Positions 40,162 through 50,442 of a stretch of 64,000 bases of DNA are shown here, piece by piece. The translations under genes were made by a program, and so were the position numbers. The notes under the pieces were generated by a model. The model did no database searches. It was not told the DNA's origin and worked only from the letters and a program-made list of their open reading frames with translations. Every line of letters starts with the position of its first letter. Within the stretch, counting starts at the first letter, position 1. Source of the stretch: Promethearchaeota archaeon (GTDB taxonomy: Archaea > Asgardarchaeota > Lokiarchaeia > Sigyniarchaeales > SOKP01); contig JBHLMQ010000011.1 of the NCBI GenBank assembly GCA_048938005.1, positions 31,134-95,133 of the forward strand, given 5' to 3'.

Positions 40162-40704
40162 ATGAATAAATCAATTTTGAAGTGGGAAGTACTTGGTATT
40201 ATAATCGTTGTTGCTCTTGGGGGTTTATTCCATTTTATGTTCGAGTTATTAAATTATTGGATACCATTAGGAGCGATTTTTCCTGTGAACGAAAGTGTTT
40301 GGGAGCATCTTAAGTTACCTTATTGGCCATTGATTATATTTTCTCTAATTGAATACTATTTCATTAGAGAAAAAGCGAATAATTTGATTCTAGGCAAAAC
40401 TATCTCATTCCTAATAAGTATTGGAACAATTTTAGTTATATTTTACACGTATACAGCTATACTTGGAACAGAGTTACTAATTGTGGATATATTAAGCTTC
40501 GTTTTAGGAGTCATAATAGGACAATTTGTAAGTTATAAAATCTTAACAAAAGAGCCATTAAAATCATGGTCTATTATTACATCTTGGATAGTATTTATTG
40601 GATTTGGCATAATATTTGCAATATTCACATATTTCCCTCCACCCTTACCAATATTTCAAGATCCTGAGACTGGATTTTATGGAATTATTTTGCATTTTAT
40701 ATAG
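40162..40704 (+). CDS. membrane protein (DUF6512-like)
   Basis: PVNESVWEHLKL motif, about 5 TM. Confidence 0.65.
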   Translation: MNKSILKWEVLGIIIVVALGGLFHFMFELLNYWIPLGAIFPVNESVWEHLKLPYWPLIIFSLIEYYFIREKANNLILGKTISFLISIGTILVIFYTYTAILGTELLIVDILSFVLGVIIGQFVSYKILTKEPLKSWSIITSWIVFIGFGIIFAIFTYFPPPLPIFQDPETGFYGIILHFI

Positions 40705-40768
40705 TTTTAACATAATTATTTATTTTTTTTTTCTTTCTTTCTAACATAAATAAATTCTTATTATTGAA

Positions 40769-42409
40769 TTGAACTCATTCGATTTTAATTTTGAAATTCA
40801 AAAGATATTCGATAAGCAATTTTCTAATATTCAATCTACAGATTGGAAAAAATGGCTTGACATATCATCAAAAGAAGAATATGAGGAATTTGCTTTAAAA
40901 AATTCTGGATTATCTTCAATTAGTGATATTTTTAAGAAGATAAAAAAAGAAAAAACAAATTCAAAAGATTTATCCGTCGATCTTTATAGCTTTTTGGAGA
41001 ATCATGATGTATCCGAACCTTTAATTGTATGTCATAGTTCTGGTACAACGAATAGTGATCTTTCTGCTCTTAAATGGCTTCATATGTCCCAAGATATCAT
41101 TCAAAGATATTGGGCGCCAGGTATGCAAGCAATTTTTGAATCAAGCGGTCTTAATTCAAAATCTTCTATTGTTATTTTTGTTCCTTCAAGACTCAAAAAT
41201 GATGGAATAAATTTTTATGAAGAAAAGAGTTATATTTCTCTCTATTCTTCTGAATTTTCACAAAGATTAATGTTATCAATAATAAAACCTTTTTCTTACA
41301 CTCTTTTTGAATATAAAAATTCTAAGAATATAGAAATAATCACAAAAATTTTATCAATGGACCATATCTCTGCTGTTTCTGCACCAGCATCAACAATTTT
41401 AGGGTGGGCTGATATTGAAAAATTTCAAATTGGATTAAAAAATTCGCTTGGTCATATAAAAAATGTTGGAGATCCACTTTTAGAAACATTTCTAAGTAAA
41501 ATAAAGAAAAAAGGGATTGAAGGTACAGCTAAAGAGATTCAAAATTTATTATCCAAGAAAATATCTAAAGCAACAGTTGTTTTTGGTATCAGTTCTCTTT
41601 CAGAAAATGAATGGGAAATGATTCGTAACTTTATGAATTGGGAAAGAGGTAAAGAAAAATTTGTAAATCTGTATGTAGCGTCAGAGATAGGACCTTTCGC
41701 AGCCAGTATTACTAAAGACGACTATAGTTTTTCGAGAACAGGAAATTTATATGTATTTCCTTTAACTTTACCTATAATCGAAAGTAAAGGAAAAAAAGAA
41801 TTAATATCGCGAAGTAAAGGAAAAATTGGAAGACTTCTAATATCAAAATTAAATGAATCCAAGCCTTTTATAAATATTGATGTAGGAGATATTATAAAAA
41901 TAGTTAATCAAGAAACATTACCCCAGATTGAGGGTAAAATCCTGCGATCTAGTTTTAAATTGAATTATCAAATAATTGTTTCTAATGAAATACAATTACC
42001 TTCAAGTTTCAAGGTATATGCCGGTGATTATTTTACATTTAGCAATTTTGAAATTTATAATCCCCGTTATATGTTAAACTGCCTAAAAAGCAACTGCAGC
42101 TTAGATATTGATTCTATTCTTTTATTAAATCAAAATAAAATAAATGATGCTAAGTGGAAATTAGTACTTCTCTCAAATGGTGAAAAAGATTGTTCCAATG
42201 TAGAAGATTATCGAAATATATTATTTAAATGTATTAAGAATGATGATTTTAAAGCAAAAATAAAGGAAAATCTTATTAATATTCAATTAATAAAGGAAAA
42301 TCCTATAAATTTCTTAGCAACTCGTTCAGAAATGTTAAATAAAGTTAGAAAGGGAAAAAATCCTAAAGGAATATTAAAAAAGTGGCCACTTTATGTGATA
42401 GAAGTCTAA
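40769..42409 (+). CDS. ANL-superfamily adenylate-forming enzyme (GH3/PaaK/LuxE-like)
   Basis: HSSGTT P-loop, YVASE, DVGDII motifs. Confidence 0.65.
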   Translation: MNSFDFNFEIQKIFDKQFSNIQSTDWKKWLDISSKEEYEEFALKNSGLSSISDIFKKIKKEKTNSKDLSVDLYSFLENHDVSEPLIVCHSSGTTNSDLSALKWLHMSQDIIQRYWAPGMQAIFESSGLNSKSSIVIFVPSRLKNDGINFYEEKSYISLYSSEFSQRLMLSIIKPFSYTLFEYKNSKNIEIITKILSMDHISAVSAPASTILGWADIEKFQIGLKNSLGHIKNVGDPLLETFLSKIKKKGIEGTAKEIQNLLSKKISKATVVFGISSLSENEWEMIRNFMNWERGKEKFVNLYVASEIGPFAASITKDDYSFSRTGNLYVFPLTLPIIESKGKKELISRSKGKIGRLLISKLNESKPFINIDVGDIIKIVNQETLPQIEGKILRSSFKLNYQIIVSNEIQLPSSFKVYAGDYFTFSNFEIYNPRYMLNCLKSNCSLDIDSILLLNQNKINDAKWKLVLLSNGEKDCSNVEDYRNILFKCIKNDDFKAKIKENLINIQLIKENPINFLATRSEMLNKVRKGKNPKGILKKWPLYVIEV

Positions 42410-42460
42410 TTCTTATAATGATTAAAAAAAAATTTAATTAGATTTTAATAGATAAATAGT

Positions 42461-42874
42461 TTATTGCCAAATTGCTAAAATTAATCCTGATAATAAAAAT
42501 CCTACTAAGTAAACTCCATATTCTATTAAAAATAGCTTTAATCCTCTATCATTGAAATTGTTTTGATTAATTCCTATTATTCCTACAAAACCAATCCATA
42601 ACAACAAAGTAAGTAATAATGCTGATGCGATATCATTCATGCCAGTCAAATCCATCATTATTTCAATGAAAAGGACAGTTATGAAACTAGTTGGAATCAT
42701 TATTATAGTATCTCTAATAATTTTAGATTTTGGCTCGCTTTCTTTTCCAACTAACTTAAGCCATAGATTACCAAAAGCTTTTGGAAAATACCAGAAAAAA
42801 ACTATAGCAAAATAAATTATTGCTACAACTACGAGAGCAATCCAATTTATATCAAGAGCCATTTTTTCCACCAA
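42461..42874 (-). CDS. DUF1761-family membrane protein
   Basis: INWIALVVVA...WYFPKAFGNLW pattern, 4 TM. Confidence 0.75.
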   Translation of the reverse strand: MVEKMALDINWIALVVVAIIYFAIVFFWYFPKAFGNLWLKLVGKESEPKSKIIRDTIIMIPTSFITVLFIEIMMDLTGMNDIASALLLTLLLWIGFVGIIGINQNNFNDRGLKLFLIEYGVYLVGFLLSGLILAIWQ

Positions 42875-42980
42875 AGAATAGACATTTAGAATAGATTTAT
42901 AATTTTAAAGAAATATATAATTAAACAATATTTATTTATTCTTTATTTAAAATATAAATAAAAACTAAAGTGAAGTCAAA

Positions 42981-43454
42981 TTGAAAGATAAATTCAATTT
43001 AGTAGGTACTAAAATAGCTGAGTTTACTCTACCAAACTCTAGGGGAGAAACAATCAACATCAGAGATTTTGAAAACAAAAAAAATGTAATAATAGTTTTA
43101 TTCAGAAATATCAATTGACCTTTCTGTCGGTGGCATGCTGCTAGATTAAGAAGAGATCTCGAAAAATTTGAAGAATTGGATGGGTATTTATATCCTATAC
43201 TAGTAGATAATGAAAATAACGCAAAAAAAATGGAACAAAAATATGCACGAAAATACCCAGTTTTTTATGACGAATCAAAAAAGGTTGCTAGCATGTTAAA
43301 ACAAGAAGTAAGGAGAATCAAATTAGGTCGGATGCCTGGATTATTGGTAATTGACAAGCAGGGGATAATTCAATATGCATACTATGGTAAAAATATGCAT
43401 GACATCCCTGAAAACGAGGAAATTTTGGAAGTTCTAAAAAAAATTAATGAATAA
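42981..43454 (+). CDS. peroxiredoxin-like (AhpC/TSA) protein with in-frame UGA; putative selenoprotein (UxxC)
   Basis: TTG start, GTKIAEFTLPNSRGETINIRDF...VLFRNIN-TGA(43116)-PFCRWH continues in frame into the tracked ORF. Confidence 0.8.
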
Positions 43455-43506
43455 CGATTTGGTAAGAATAAAATAAAAAAAATGAGATTTTATTCCTAAT
43501 AGTTAG

Positions 43507-43534
43507 CCACACTTTCCAAATCAAATTTTCTTTT
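43507..43534 (+). repeat. direct repeat left of heliorhodopsin
   Basis: CCA.ACTTTCCAAATCAAA.TTT.TTTT also occurs at 44493-44520. Confidence 0.6.
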
Positions 43535-43632
43535 TACTTATTCATTTAAAAATCTTCAGTTAATAAATTATGTTGAAAATACTTTTATAAAAAATTTTCT
43601 AAAGAATATCATAAACAAAATTATATAAAAAT

Positions 43633-44439
43633 GTGAATAAAATGGAAGTAAGAGAAGATTCTGCTATAACTTTCCCATATTTACGAAGATTTAATTTAAT
43701 AATGGGAATTTTACACCTTATTCAAGCAATATTAATGCTAACTTTAGCATTAGTAATCCCTGAAATAAGAGATTTCGAACTGCCAATTACTACTGCGTTT
43801 TTGCAATATGTTGATCCTCCTGGAATATTAGTCCCTAATTATACTCAATTAACTTCAATACCTGTAGGACCAATAGTTTCCTCATTTCTTTTTATATCGT
43901 CAATAGCACATTTTTTAACTGTATTACCACGCGTTAATGAATTCTATAACGAAAAATTGAAATCAGGCATTAATTATTTTCGATGGTTTGAATATGCCTT
44001 AAGTTCGTCAATTATGATTGTTCTTATTTCGATGTTTTTTGGAGTTTATGATTTAGGAAGCTTAGTTGTTATTTTTGCGATTAATGCCACAATGAATTTA
44101 ATGGGGCTAATGATGGAATTACATAATCAAACAACGGAGAAAACGAGATGGACAGCTTTCTATATTGGAGTTTTCGCAGGAATTATACCTTGGGTAATAA
44201 TATTAATATACCTATTTGGTGGTGGTAATTTCGGTGAAATACCTTGGTTTGTTTGGGCTATTTTTGGTTCATATTTCTTTTTCTTTAATACCTTTCCAAT
44301 TAATATGATTTTGCAATATAAAAAAGTTGGAAAATGGAAAGATTATTTATATGGAGAAAGAGGATATATACTTCTAAGCTTAATTTCTAAAACGCTTCTA
44401 GCATGGCTTGTATTTGGTGGAGTATTACAACCTACATAA
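43633..44439 (+). CDS. heR: heliorhodopsin
   Basis: LRRFNLIMGILHLIQ, NYFRWFEYALSSSIM, GERGYILLSLISK (retinal Lys), 7 TM. Confidence 0.92.
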   Translation: MNKMEVREDSAITFPYLRRFNLIMGILHLIQAILMLTLALVIPEIRDFELPITTAFLQYVDPPGILVPNYTQLTSIPVGPIVSSFLFISSIAHFLTVLPRVNEFYNEKLKSGINYFRWFEYALSSSIMIVLISMFFGVYDLGSLVVIFAINATMNLMGLMMELHNQTTEKTRWTAFYIGVFAGIIPWVIILIYLFGGGNFGEIPWFVWAIFGSYFFFFNTFPINMILQYKKVGKWKDYLYGERGYILLSLISKTLLAWLVFGGVLQPT

Positions 44440-44492
44440 TTTGAATGTATATTTCAACTCACTTTTTTTTTTTAAATTTTAAAGCTTTTTAA

Positions 44493-44520
44493 CCAAACTT
44501 TCCAAATCAAAATTTATTTT
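44493..44520 (+). repeat. direct repeat right of heliorhodopsin
   Basis: 15-nt exact core ACTTTCCAAATCAAA at 44497-44511. Confidence 0.6.
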
Positions 44521-44562
44521 TTAAAAAAAAGTTTTGTAATACTTTAGTAATTTTAATAATTA

Positions 44563-45444
44563 TCAACTTATATAACGATCAAGAAAATTACGTACTACTG
44601 TAATATATTTTTCATTTTCTTCAACAAATGTCATATGACCGCTATTTTCAAATATGACTAATTCTGCGTTCGGTACACCACTCGCAATTGCTTCTGAAGC
44701 TTCTACTGAGCACACTCGGTCATGTTTACCAACCATTACTAACATAGGAAAAGCTACAACATTTAAGCGATCTAGAACTTCAATTCCCCCATATTCTTCT
44801 TGCGAAAAATGACGAAGTATTTTTGGGGAGTATTTCGCTCCTGAGCTACGACTTTCATATTCTTCCATTAGAGGGGTGCGTGGGTTAGCAAAGTGAAAAG
44901 GCATTTGATCTTTAAGTAAAGATTTTACATCCTCTTCTGTTTCAACGGTTTTTTCTCTTTCCCAGGATGCTGCAATTCTTTCCCTTAATTCTTGCGGTTC
45001 AAATACCTCCAGATTATGTTCAACATGGTTAAGAAATTTTGATGAAGGAAATCCGCTTGAGATAATTGTTTGAATATGTTGATCAGGAAAATCAACCGCA
45101 TTTTGAAGAGCTACAAGTGCACCAAATGAGTGCCCTAAGATCCCATAATTCTCGAGGTTCATTGCTCGTGCTAGAGAAAAGACATCTTGTGCCATTTGCT
45201 TCAACGTCCATGTATTTTCTGGAGTCAGATCTGAACGACCTTGACTCCGTAGATCCACAAAAATTAAGTGGTATTTATCTTTAAGGGGATCGAGATAATC
45301 TCCAAACATATGATGATCCCATCCTGGTCCTCCGTGGAGTATCAATACCGGATAACCTTGTCCGCGTTCCACTATATAGAGACGTGTATCTTCAATAGAT
45401 ACATATCTACCCCCAGGTTCATTTTCCATATTAATATTTTCCAT
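44563..45444 (-). CDS. alpha/beta hydrolase (proline iminopeptidase-like)
   Basis: HGGPG, GHSFG, GKHD, SGH. Confidence 0.88.
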   Translation of the reverse strand: MENINMENEPGGRYVSIEDTRLYIVERGQGYPVLILHGGPGWDHHMFGDYLDPLKDKYHLIFVDLRSQGRSDLTPENTWTLKQMAQDVFSLARAMNLENYGILGHSFGALVALQNAVDFPDQHIQTIISSGFPSSKFLNHVEHNLEVFEPQELRERIAASWEREKTVETEEDVKSLLKDQMPFHFANPRTPLMEEYESRSSGAKYSPKILRHFSQEEYGGIEVLDRLNVVAFPMLVMVGKHDRVCSVEASEAIASGVPNAELVIFENSGHMTFVEENEKYITVVRNFLDRYIS

Positions 45445-45491
45445 CTTTCTAACTCTCTTAGAATAAAATATACTAAATGTTTGAAATATTT

Positions 45492-45962
45492 TTAAATCGA
45501 TTTTAATCCAATTGGAGTTCCTATTTGCTTGAAATTATAAATAAGTTGATCTTTTGCTGTAAATACATCCCAACCTTGACTTTTTTCAAAACCATGCACT
45601 GATAGAAAATTTTTTGAATATTTGTTCCTTGCGGATTGTACCATTCGATTCATCACTTCTTTTTTTAAATCATTATCTTCAACTAATTTTAATTTACCCT
45701 TCATTGACACAAAATAGTAACTACTTAAATCTGGTTCGAAATGTTCAATCGATATGCATATGTTTTGATTTTTCAATAAAATTTGCTTTTTTTTACCATA
45801 ATCTGTAAAATGGAAATATAAAACATCATCAATACAAACATACTGAAATGGCGCAATATAAGGATACTCGTCATCAATAAATGCGATTCTACATAAATTA
45901 TGTGAATTAATTGCTTCTTTTATCTCCTTTTCTTCCATTCTAGGTAATTTTATAATACTCAT
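45492..45962 (-). CDS. pyridoxamine 5'-phosphate oxidase-like flavin-binding protein (NimA-like)
   Basis: CRIAF...YPYIAP...LYFH...GKK; start MSIIKLPRM. Confidence 0.8.
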   Translation of the reverse strand: MSIIKLPRMEEKEIKEAINSHNLCRIAFIDDEYPYIAPFQYVCIDDVLYFHFTDYGKKKQILLKNQNICISIEHFEPDLSSYYFVSMKGKLKLVEDNDLKKEVMNRMVQSARNKYSKNFLSVHGFEKSQGWDVFTAKDQLIYNFKQIGTPIGLKSI

Positions 45963-46020
45963 TAAAGATAACAGCTCTTTTACTTTTAAAAATATATCGC
46001 TAATTATTTTATAATTATTC

Positions 46021-46929
46021 TTAATTTTGATTAAATCGAATGTCATTAATTAGATTTTTCACAGCAAATAAAGCACTTTTTTCTTTATTTTTAATTTCCA
46101 ACATTAAATCAAAATTGAAATTAGTTGTTCTTTTTACAAAGTTCCTAAAATGATTTATATCAAGTTCATCAGCATGAATATATTTACCTCTATATGGGTG
46201 TTCAGAACTGTAATGCAGAATTGGTGATCCATCACTTTTCTTCCAAGTTTTAGTAATAAGTTCTATAGCTTTTTCTAATGATTCTCCTTGATTATAACAA
46301 TAATGATGGTATATATCTAAAACAATTGGAACTTTTATAGATTCACTGATTAATAAACAATCTTTTAGCTTATAGGATTTATCATCATTTTCAATAACAT
46401 AGTGATTTTTAATATTTTCATCCAATTGGTTATACCGTTCTATAAATCGTTTAATGCTATTTTTCTTATCACCATAAACTCCTCCTACATGGGTAATTAC
46501 TTTGGCATTTGAATCTAAATCCAATAAATCTAAAACTTCAACATGATATTTCAATTCTTTTATACTATTCTGAACTACTATATCATTTTTAGAGTTAATA
46601 ACAGTATATTGACCTGGATGCATCGTGATTCGCATTGATTTCTTTTTTATGTAAGCACCAATTTCTTTAAATTTTGATTTAAAATATTCTTGCCAACCAA
46701 ATTTCATGATTGGATGAGAAGCAAAAGGTATTAAATCTGAAGTGATTCTAAAAAAGAAAATCTTATTTTTATAGTTAAACTCTAATATTTTTGCTAAGCA
46801 ATTTAAATTATTTTCAATAGTTTCTATAAGTCTTTCTTCCGAATAATTTTTTAATCGAAATGTTCTACTGCTTCTACATTTTAATGTTAAATTTATACAA
46901 GGATATCCTATTTTCATAAAAAAAAGCAA
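46021..46929 (-). CDS. uvsE: UV DNA damage endonuclease
   Basis: GYPCIN, FFRITSDLIPFASH, MHPGQY, ENDD, DIYHH, LEIKNKE. Confidence 0.93.
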   Translation of the reverse strand: MLFFMKIGYPCINLTLKCRSSRTFRLKNYSEERLIETIENNLNCLAKILEFNYKNKIFFFRITSDLIPFASHPIMKFGWQEYFKSKFKEIGAYIKKKSMRITMHPGQYTVINSKNDIVVQNSIKELKYHVEVLDLLDLDSNAKVITHVGGVYGDKKNSIKRFIERYNQLDENIKNHYVIENDDKSYKLKDCLLISESIKVPIVLDIYHHYCYNQGESLEKAIELITKTWKKSDGSPILHYSSEHPYRGKYIHADELDINHFRNFVKRTTNFNFDLMLEIKNKEKSALFAVKNLINDIRFNQN

Positions 46930-46941
46930 TTATATTGATTT

Positions 46942-47730
46942 TTAAATATTTTGATAAAATTCTTTTCGTCTATCTTCAAATAAGTTATTATATTCATTAA
47001 GATTTTTATCCCTTGTTTTCTTAATATCGATATTAACAATATCTACAAATTCTTCCGATTTTGGGGCTGAAGACAATATTTCTCCGTTAATAGACGTGAT
47101 TTGACTTCGTCCTGTAAACTTAAAATGATCAACACCTCTGTTTTCAACACCTATTCTATTTGAAGTTATTGCAAATACTCTATTTTCTAAACATCTTGTT
47201 ATCATTGCATTTTGACAGTAAGGCAGTACTAAATTAGATGGATGGGCAATCATATCTGCCCCTAGCAAAGCAAGTGAACGAACTGTCTCTGGAAATATCC
47301 AATCAAAACATATCATCATTCCGATATTTACATCTTTAATCTTATATATACTCAGTGGTTTATTTCCGGGGGAAAACCATAATTTTTCTTTATAATATAA
47401 ATGAAGTTTTCTATATACTCCTAAAACTCCTGAATCAGATACAATCATCGCAGAATTAAATATTCCCTCTTCATTTTTTTCTATAAATCCTCCAACTATA
47501 ATAGCGGAAGTTTTTTTAGATAATCTTATTAAAAAATGTGCTGTCTGTCCTTCTAATCCTTCAGCTAAAGATTTAGCTTCCTCCTTTGAAATAAATGCGT
47601 ATCCTGTAGCGAATAATTCTGGTAAAACAAGTAAATCAGCTTTTACTTCAGATACCATAGCATTTACTTGGGCAAAATTTTTTTCTTTGTCCCCAAAAAT
47701 AGGAGAAGTTTGAATATATCCAACTTTCAT
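46942..47730 (-). CDS. carbon-nitrogen hydrolase (nitrilase family)
   Basis: LPELF, YRKLHL, ICFD catalytic E-K-C. Confidence 0.9.
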   Translation of the reverse strand: MKVGYIQTSPIFGDKEKNFAQVNAMVSEVKADLLVLPELFATGYAFISKEEAKSLAEGLEGQTAHFLIRLSKKTSAIIVGGFIEKNEEGIFNSAMIVSDSGVLGVYRKLHLYYKEKLWFSPGNKPLSIYKIKDVNIGMMICFDWIFPETVRSLALLGADMIAHPSNLVLPYCQNAMITRCLENRVFAITSNRIGVENRGVDHFKFTGRSQITSINGEILSSAPKSEEFVDIVNIDIKKTRDKNLNEYNNLFEDRRKEFYQNI

Positions 47731-47778
47731 GTTTAATCAATCATTAATTTTATTTTTTTATTGAAAAAAAATAGTGTA

Positions 47779-48630
47779 TTAATCAATTTTAGTTTCTTTA
47801 TCTCTACGTATTGTATATAATTCATCAAATTTTTCTTGTGGTTCCATTATCAATTCTCCTTGCTTTTTAATAATATCTTCTAAACCATCCTCAAAAAACA
47901 CGTTTTTCTTGAATTTCTTTGCTGGAGCACCCAAATATACCCAATTTTCTTCTAATTCTTGACCAACAGTAGTCATAGAATGCCCCCCTAATATACAATT
48001 CTTTTTTATATGCGTTCCTGGCATAACAACGCTTTGGGAACCAATCATTACATTATCCTCGATAATAGTTTTTCTTATAATGAATAAATTTCCAATTATA
48101 ATTGCTGACTGCACAACAGCTCCTTGTCCAACTACTATGTTCTTACCAAATTCGATGAATTCTGTATCAACCCATCCTTCAAATAAAGAATTGGAATATT
48201 TAGTCTTCACACCAAACATTTTGGAACAAATATTATCCATAAAAGGAAATGGGAATTTATGAGATATCCATATTGGCCATTTCTTTATAGTACTTCTTAG
48301 ACTCCAGTATCTATAATCTTTATCAGAGGGATGCCTCAGAAAAACTCCCTCTCTTGGCTTATGAATAAGATTTACGACTACAAGGAATATTTTGGCAAAA
48401 AATAAAGATATTATTATAGATGTTAGATACATTATAAAAATTACAATTGGTAAGAAGAAGTAATAATGAACATACTTTTTAATAAGATAAAAATGCCAAA
48501 ACCACCAAAATTCAAATTGTATTGTAAAAATACTTATCCAAATAAGAAAAATGTAGAAAATTAGATATTTTTTTTTAACTAAGGTAAGAGTAGTATTCGG
48601 TCCAACTTTTAAACTTGAAGGCACAGACAT
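47779..48630 (-). CDS. TM+LbH acyltransferase-like protein, paralog of 33692
   Basis: HKPREGVFLR...DKDYRYWSLR, NSLFEGWVDTEFIEFG. Confidence 0.8.
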   Translation of the reverse strand: MSVPSSLKVGPNTTLTLVKKKYLIFYIFLIWISIFTIQFEFWWFWHFYLIKKYVHYYFFLPIVIFIMYLTSIIISLFFAKIFLVVVNLIHKPREGVFLRHPSDKDYRYWSLRSTIKKWPIWISHKFPFPFMDNICSKMFGVKTKYSNSLFEGWVDTEFIEFGKNIVVGQGAVVQSAIIIGNLFIIRKTIIEDNVMIGSQSVVMPGTHIKKNCILGGHSMTTVGQELEENWVYLGAPAKKFKKNVFFEDGLEDIIKKQGELIMEPQEKFDELYTIRRDKETKID

Positions 48631-48635
48631 AATTT

Positions 48636-49526
48636 TTAATCCTCACTATTATTATTTAACAACTTTTTCTTATCTTCATCTATATTTACTTCCTGCTCAA
48701 CTTCATATTTTATCTCATCATCTACATGTTTCTCATATATAATATCACGTCTTTGTTCTGCATACTTATTGGGTTTATATTTCCTTGCAGATTGAGGACC
48801 CAAATAAATCCAACCTGGTTCTAAAATTTGGTTTGGAATTGTTGCAGAAAATGCACCACTCACAGACTCCTTCCCCATTTTTGTACCTGGAGAGATAAGA
48901 TTTAAACCACCTACTACAGTATAATCTCCTAGAACTACTTTTTTAATTATTAAATATTTTCCTACAACCATTGAACTCATCACAACAGCCCCTTGCCCTA
49001 CCGTGACATTCCGACCAAATTCGATGAATCCTGCATCTGACCAAGCATCATTCATATGACTTGAAAAATCTACCTTGATGTTCATCCATCTAAAACCCCA
49101 CATTACGACCCAAGTTAAAGGACCATTATTCATAAACCAATAAACTAACTTTTTTAACTCTACTCTTAATCTCCAAAACTCATAATCCTTATCGCCTTCT
49201 TCGGCCCGAAAAACACCTTCTTTTGGTTTATGGATCATATTTATCATTAAGAGAAATGCTTTTGTGAAAATCGCAATACCAAATATTAAAATAAAATATA
49301 AAATGAAAAACCAAACAGGAAATAAAAACATGTTTATATACCATGGTATATATCTTGATATATCGAAGAAAACAGCAACAGCCTGGTATCCAGAAATCCA
49401 TAGGATAGGAATATATAAAGCAAGAAATTTATAGCCAATTTTACTTATTGAGCTTGTTGTTACAAAATCAATAGTATAATCAACTTTACTTGCATCAATA
49501 TTATTATCTTCCAAATTTTCATTCAT
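48636..49526 (-). CDS. TM+LbH protein, homolog of the C-terminal half of 34639/37050
   Basis: DFVTTSSIS, HKPKEGVF, MSSMVVGKYL. Confidence 0.8.
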   Translation of the reverse strand: MNENLEDNNIDASKVDYTIDFVTTSSISKIGYKFLALYIPILWISGYQAVAVFFDISRYIPWYINMFLFPVWFFILYFILIFGIAIFTKAFLLMINMIHKPKEGVFRAEEGDKDYEFWRLRVELKKLVYWFMNNGPLTWVVMWGFRWMNIKVDFSSHMNDAWSDAGFIEFGRNVTVGQGAVVMSSMVVGKYLIIKKVVLGDYTVVGGLNLISPGTKMGKESVSGAFSATIPNQILEPGWIYLGPQSARKYKPNKYAEQRRDIIYEKHVDDEIKYEVEQEVNIDEDKKKLLNNNSED

Positions 49527-50442
49527 TTTGATGATTCTCCTTACTTTTTTCTTTTCTTTGCCTTTTTAATTCCAATTTTTTAGTTAATTCTTCTGATCTT
49601 TTCAAATCTTCCTCTGTGATTTGTAGAAAATCCATTACTTTTTTTTTGAAGATCTTCCTAAGAGGTGCTCCAAAATAATAGTTATTCCCTTTCATGATAT
49701 TATATTTTGTTGCTCCCGTCATAGGCAACCACCAGGAGTTATCTCCTGTATCCATTCCAGGAGCAAAACAATTAAATCCCGCAGCAGTAACATTATTTCC
49801 AATTTTTACTTTAGCAAATGAAATATTTCCAAAAATCCCTTCTACAGCATGAGAACTAATTCCTGGATTTGTTCCAACGTAAGTATTTTCACCAATTTCT
49901 ACAAATCTATCACCAGCTAGTTGTTCCTCAATAACAGATCCCTTCGCTATTTTATTAGTACCAACAAAATTGTACATCCATTTTAATAACCAGGGAAATG
50001 GACCACGGGAGAAAGCGTTCTTGGGGTATTTAATAATAAAACTGCGAAAGTGATAATAATTTAGAGTTTTACTGGGTATATTTCTGGGAATAATTCCTGA
50101 TTTGGAAGGAGATTTTTTTTCTGAGTATCTCCAAAACAAACGAGTTATGAGAGCTACAATAAATAAATGTATTAAATAACATATTATAATTACAAGCGGT
50201 ATAGTTAACGAAGCAATAAGGGAATTTAAGTTAGTAAAAAGAGAAATAAAATTTCTAACTTCTAAGAAATATGGTAAATAGAGGAATATGATATATAGCA
50301 TGAAAATTATACCCGGTACTAGAAAGGAGCAGTAATAAATAATATAGAACAAGGGTAGCCATAGACGTAAATTTAGACTAATTTCTTCTTTAATAATTGA
50401 ATTTTCTGAGTTTTCTTTTTGTTCTGAGTTTGATATTACCAC
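49519..50442 (-). CDS. TM+LbH protein, homolog of the N-terminal half of 34639/37050
   Basis: SGIIPRNI, SHAVEGIFGNI, YYFGAPLRKIF. Confidence 0.8.
   Translation of the reverse strand: MVISNSEQKENSENSIIKEEISLNLRLWLPLFYIIYYCSFLVPGIIFMLYIIFLYLPYFLEVRNFISLFTNLNSLIASLTIPLVIIICYLIHLFIVALITRLFWRYSEKKSPSKSGIIPRNIPSKTLNYYHFRSFIIKYPKNAFSRGPFPWLLKWMYNFVGTNKIAKGSVIEEQLAGDRFVEIGENTYVGTNPGISSHAVEGIFGNISFAKVKIGNNVTAAGFNCFAPGMDTGDNSWWLPMTGATKYNIMKGNNYYFGAPLRKIFKKKVMDFLQITEEDLKRSEELTKKLELKRQRKEKSKENHQNE

Noticed and set aside
43447-43506. Canonical SECIS element
   Set aside because: A hairpin is present but the 3' GA needed to pair with the AUGA core is not where expected; left uncalled
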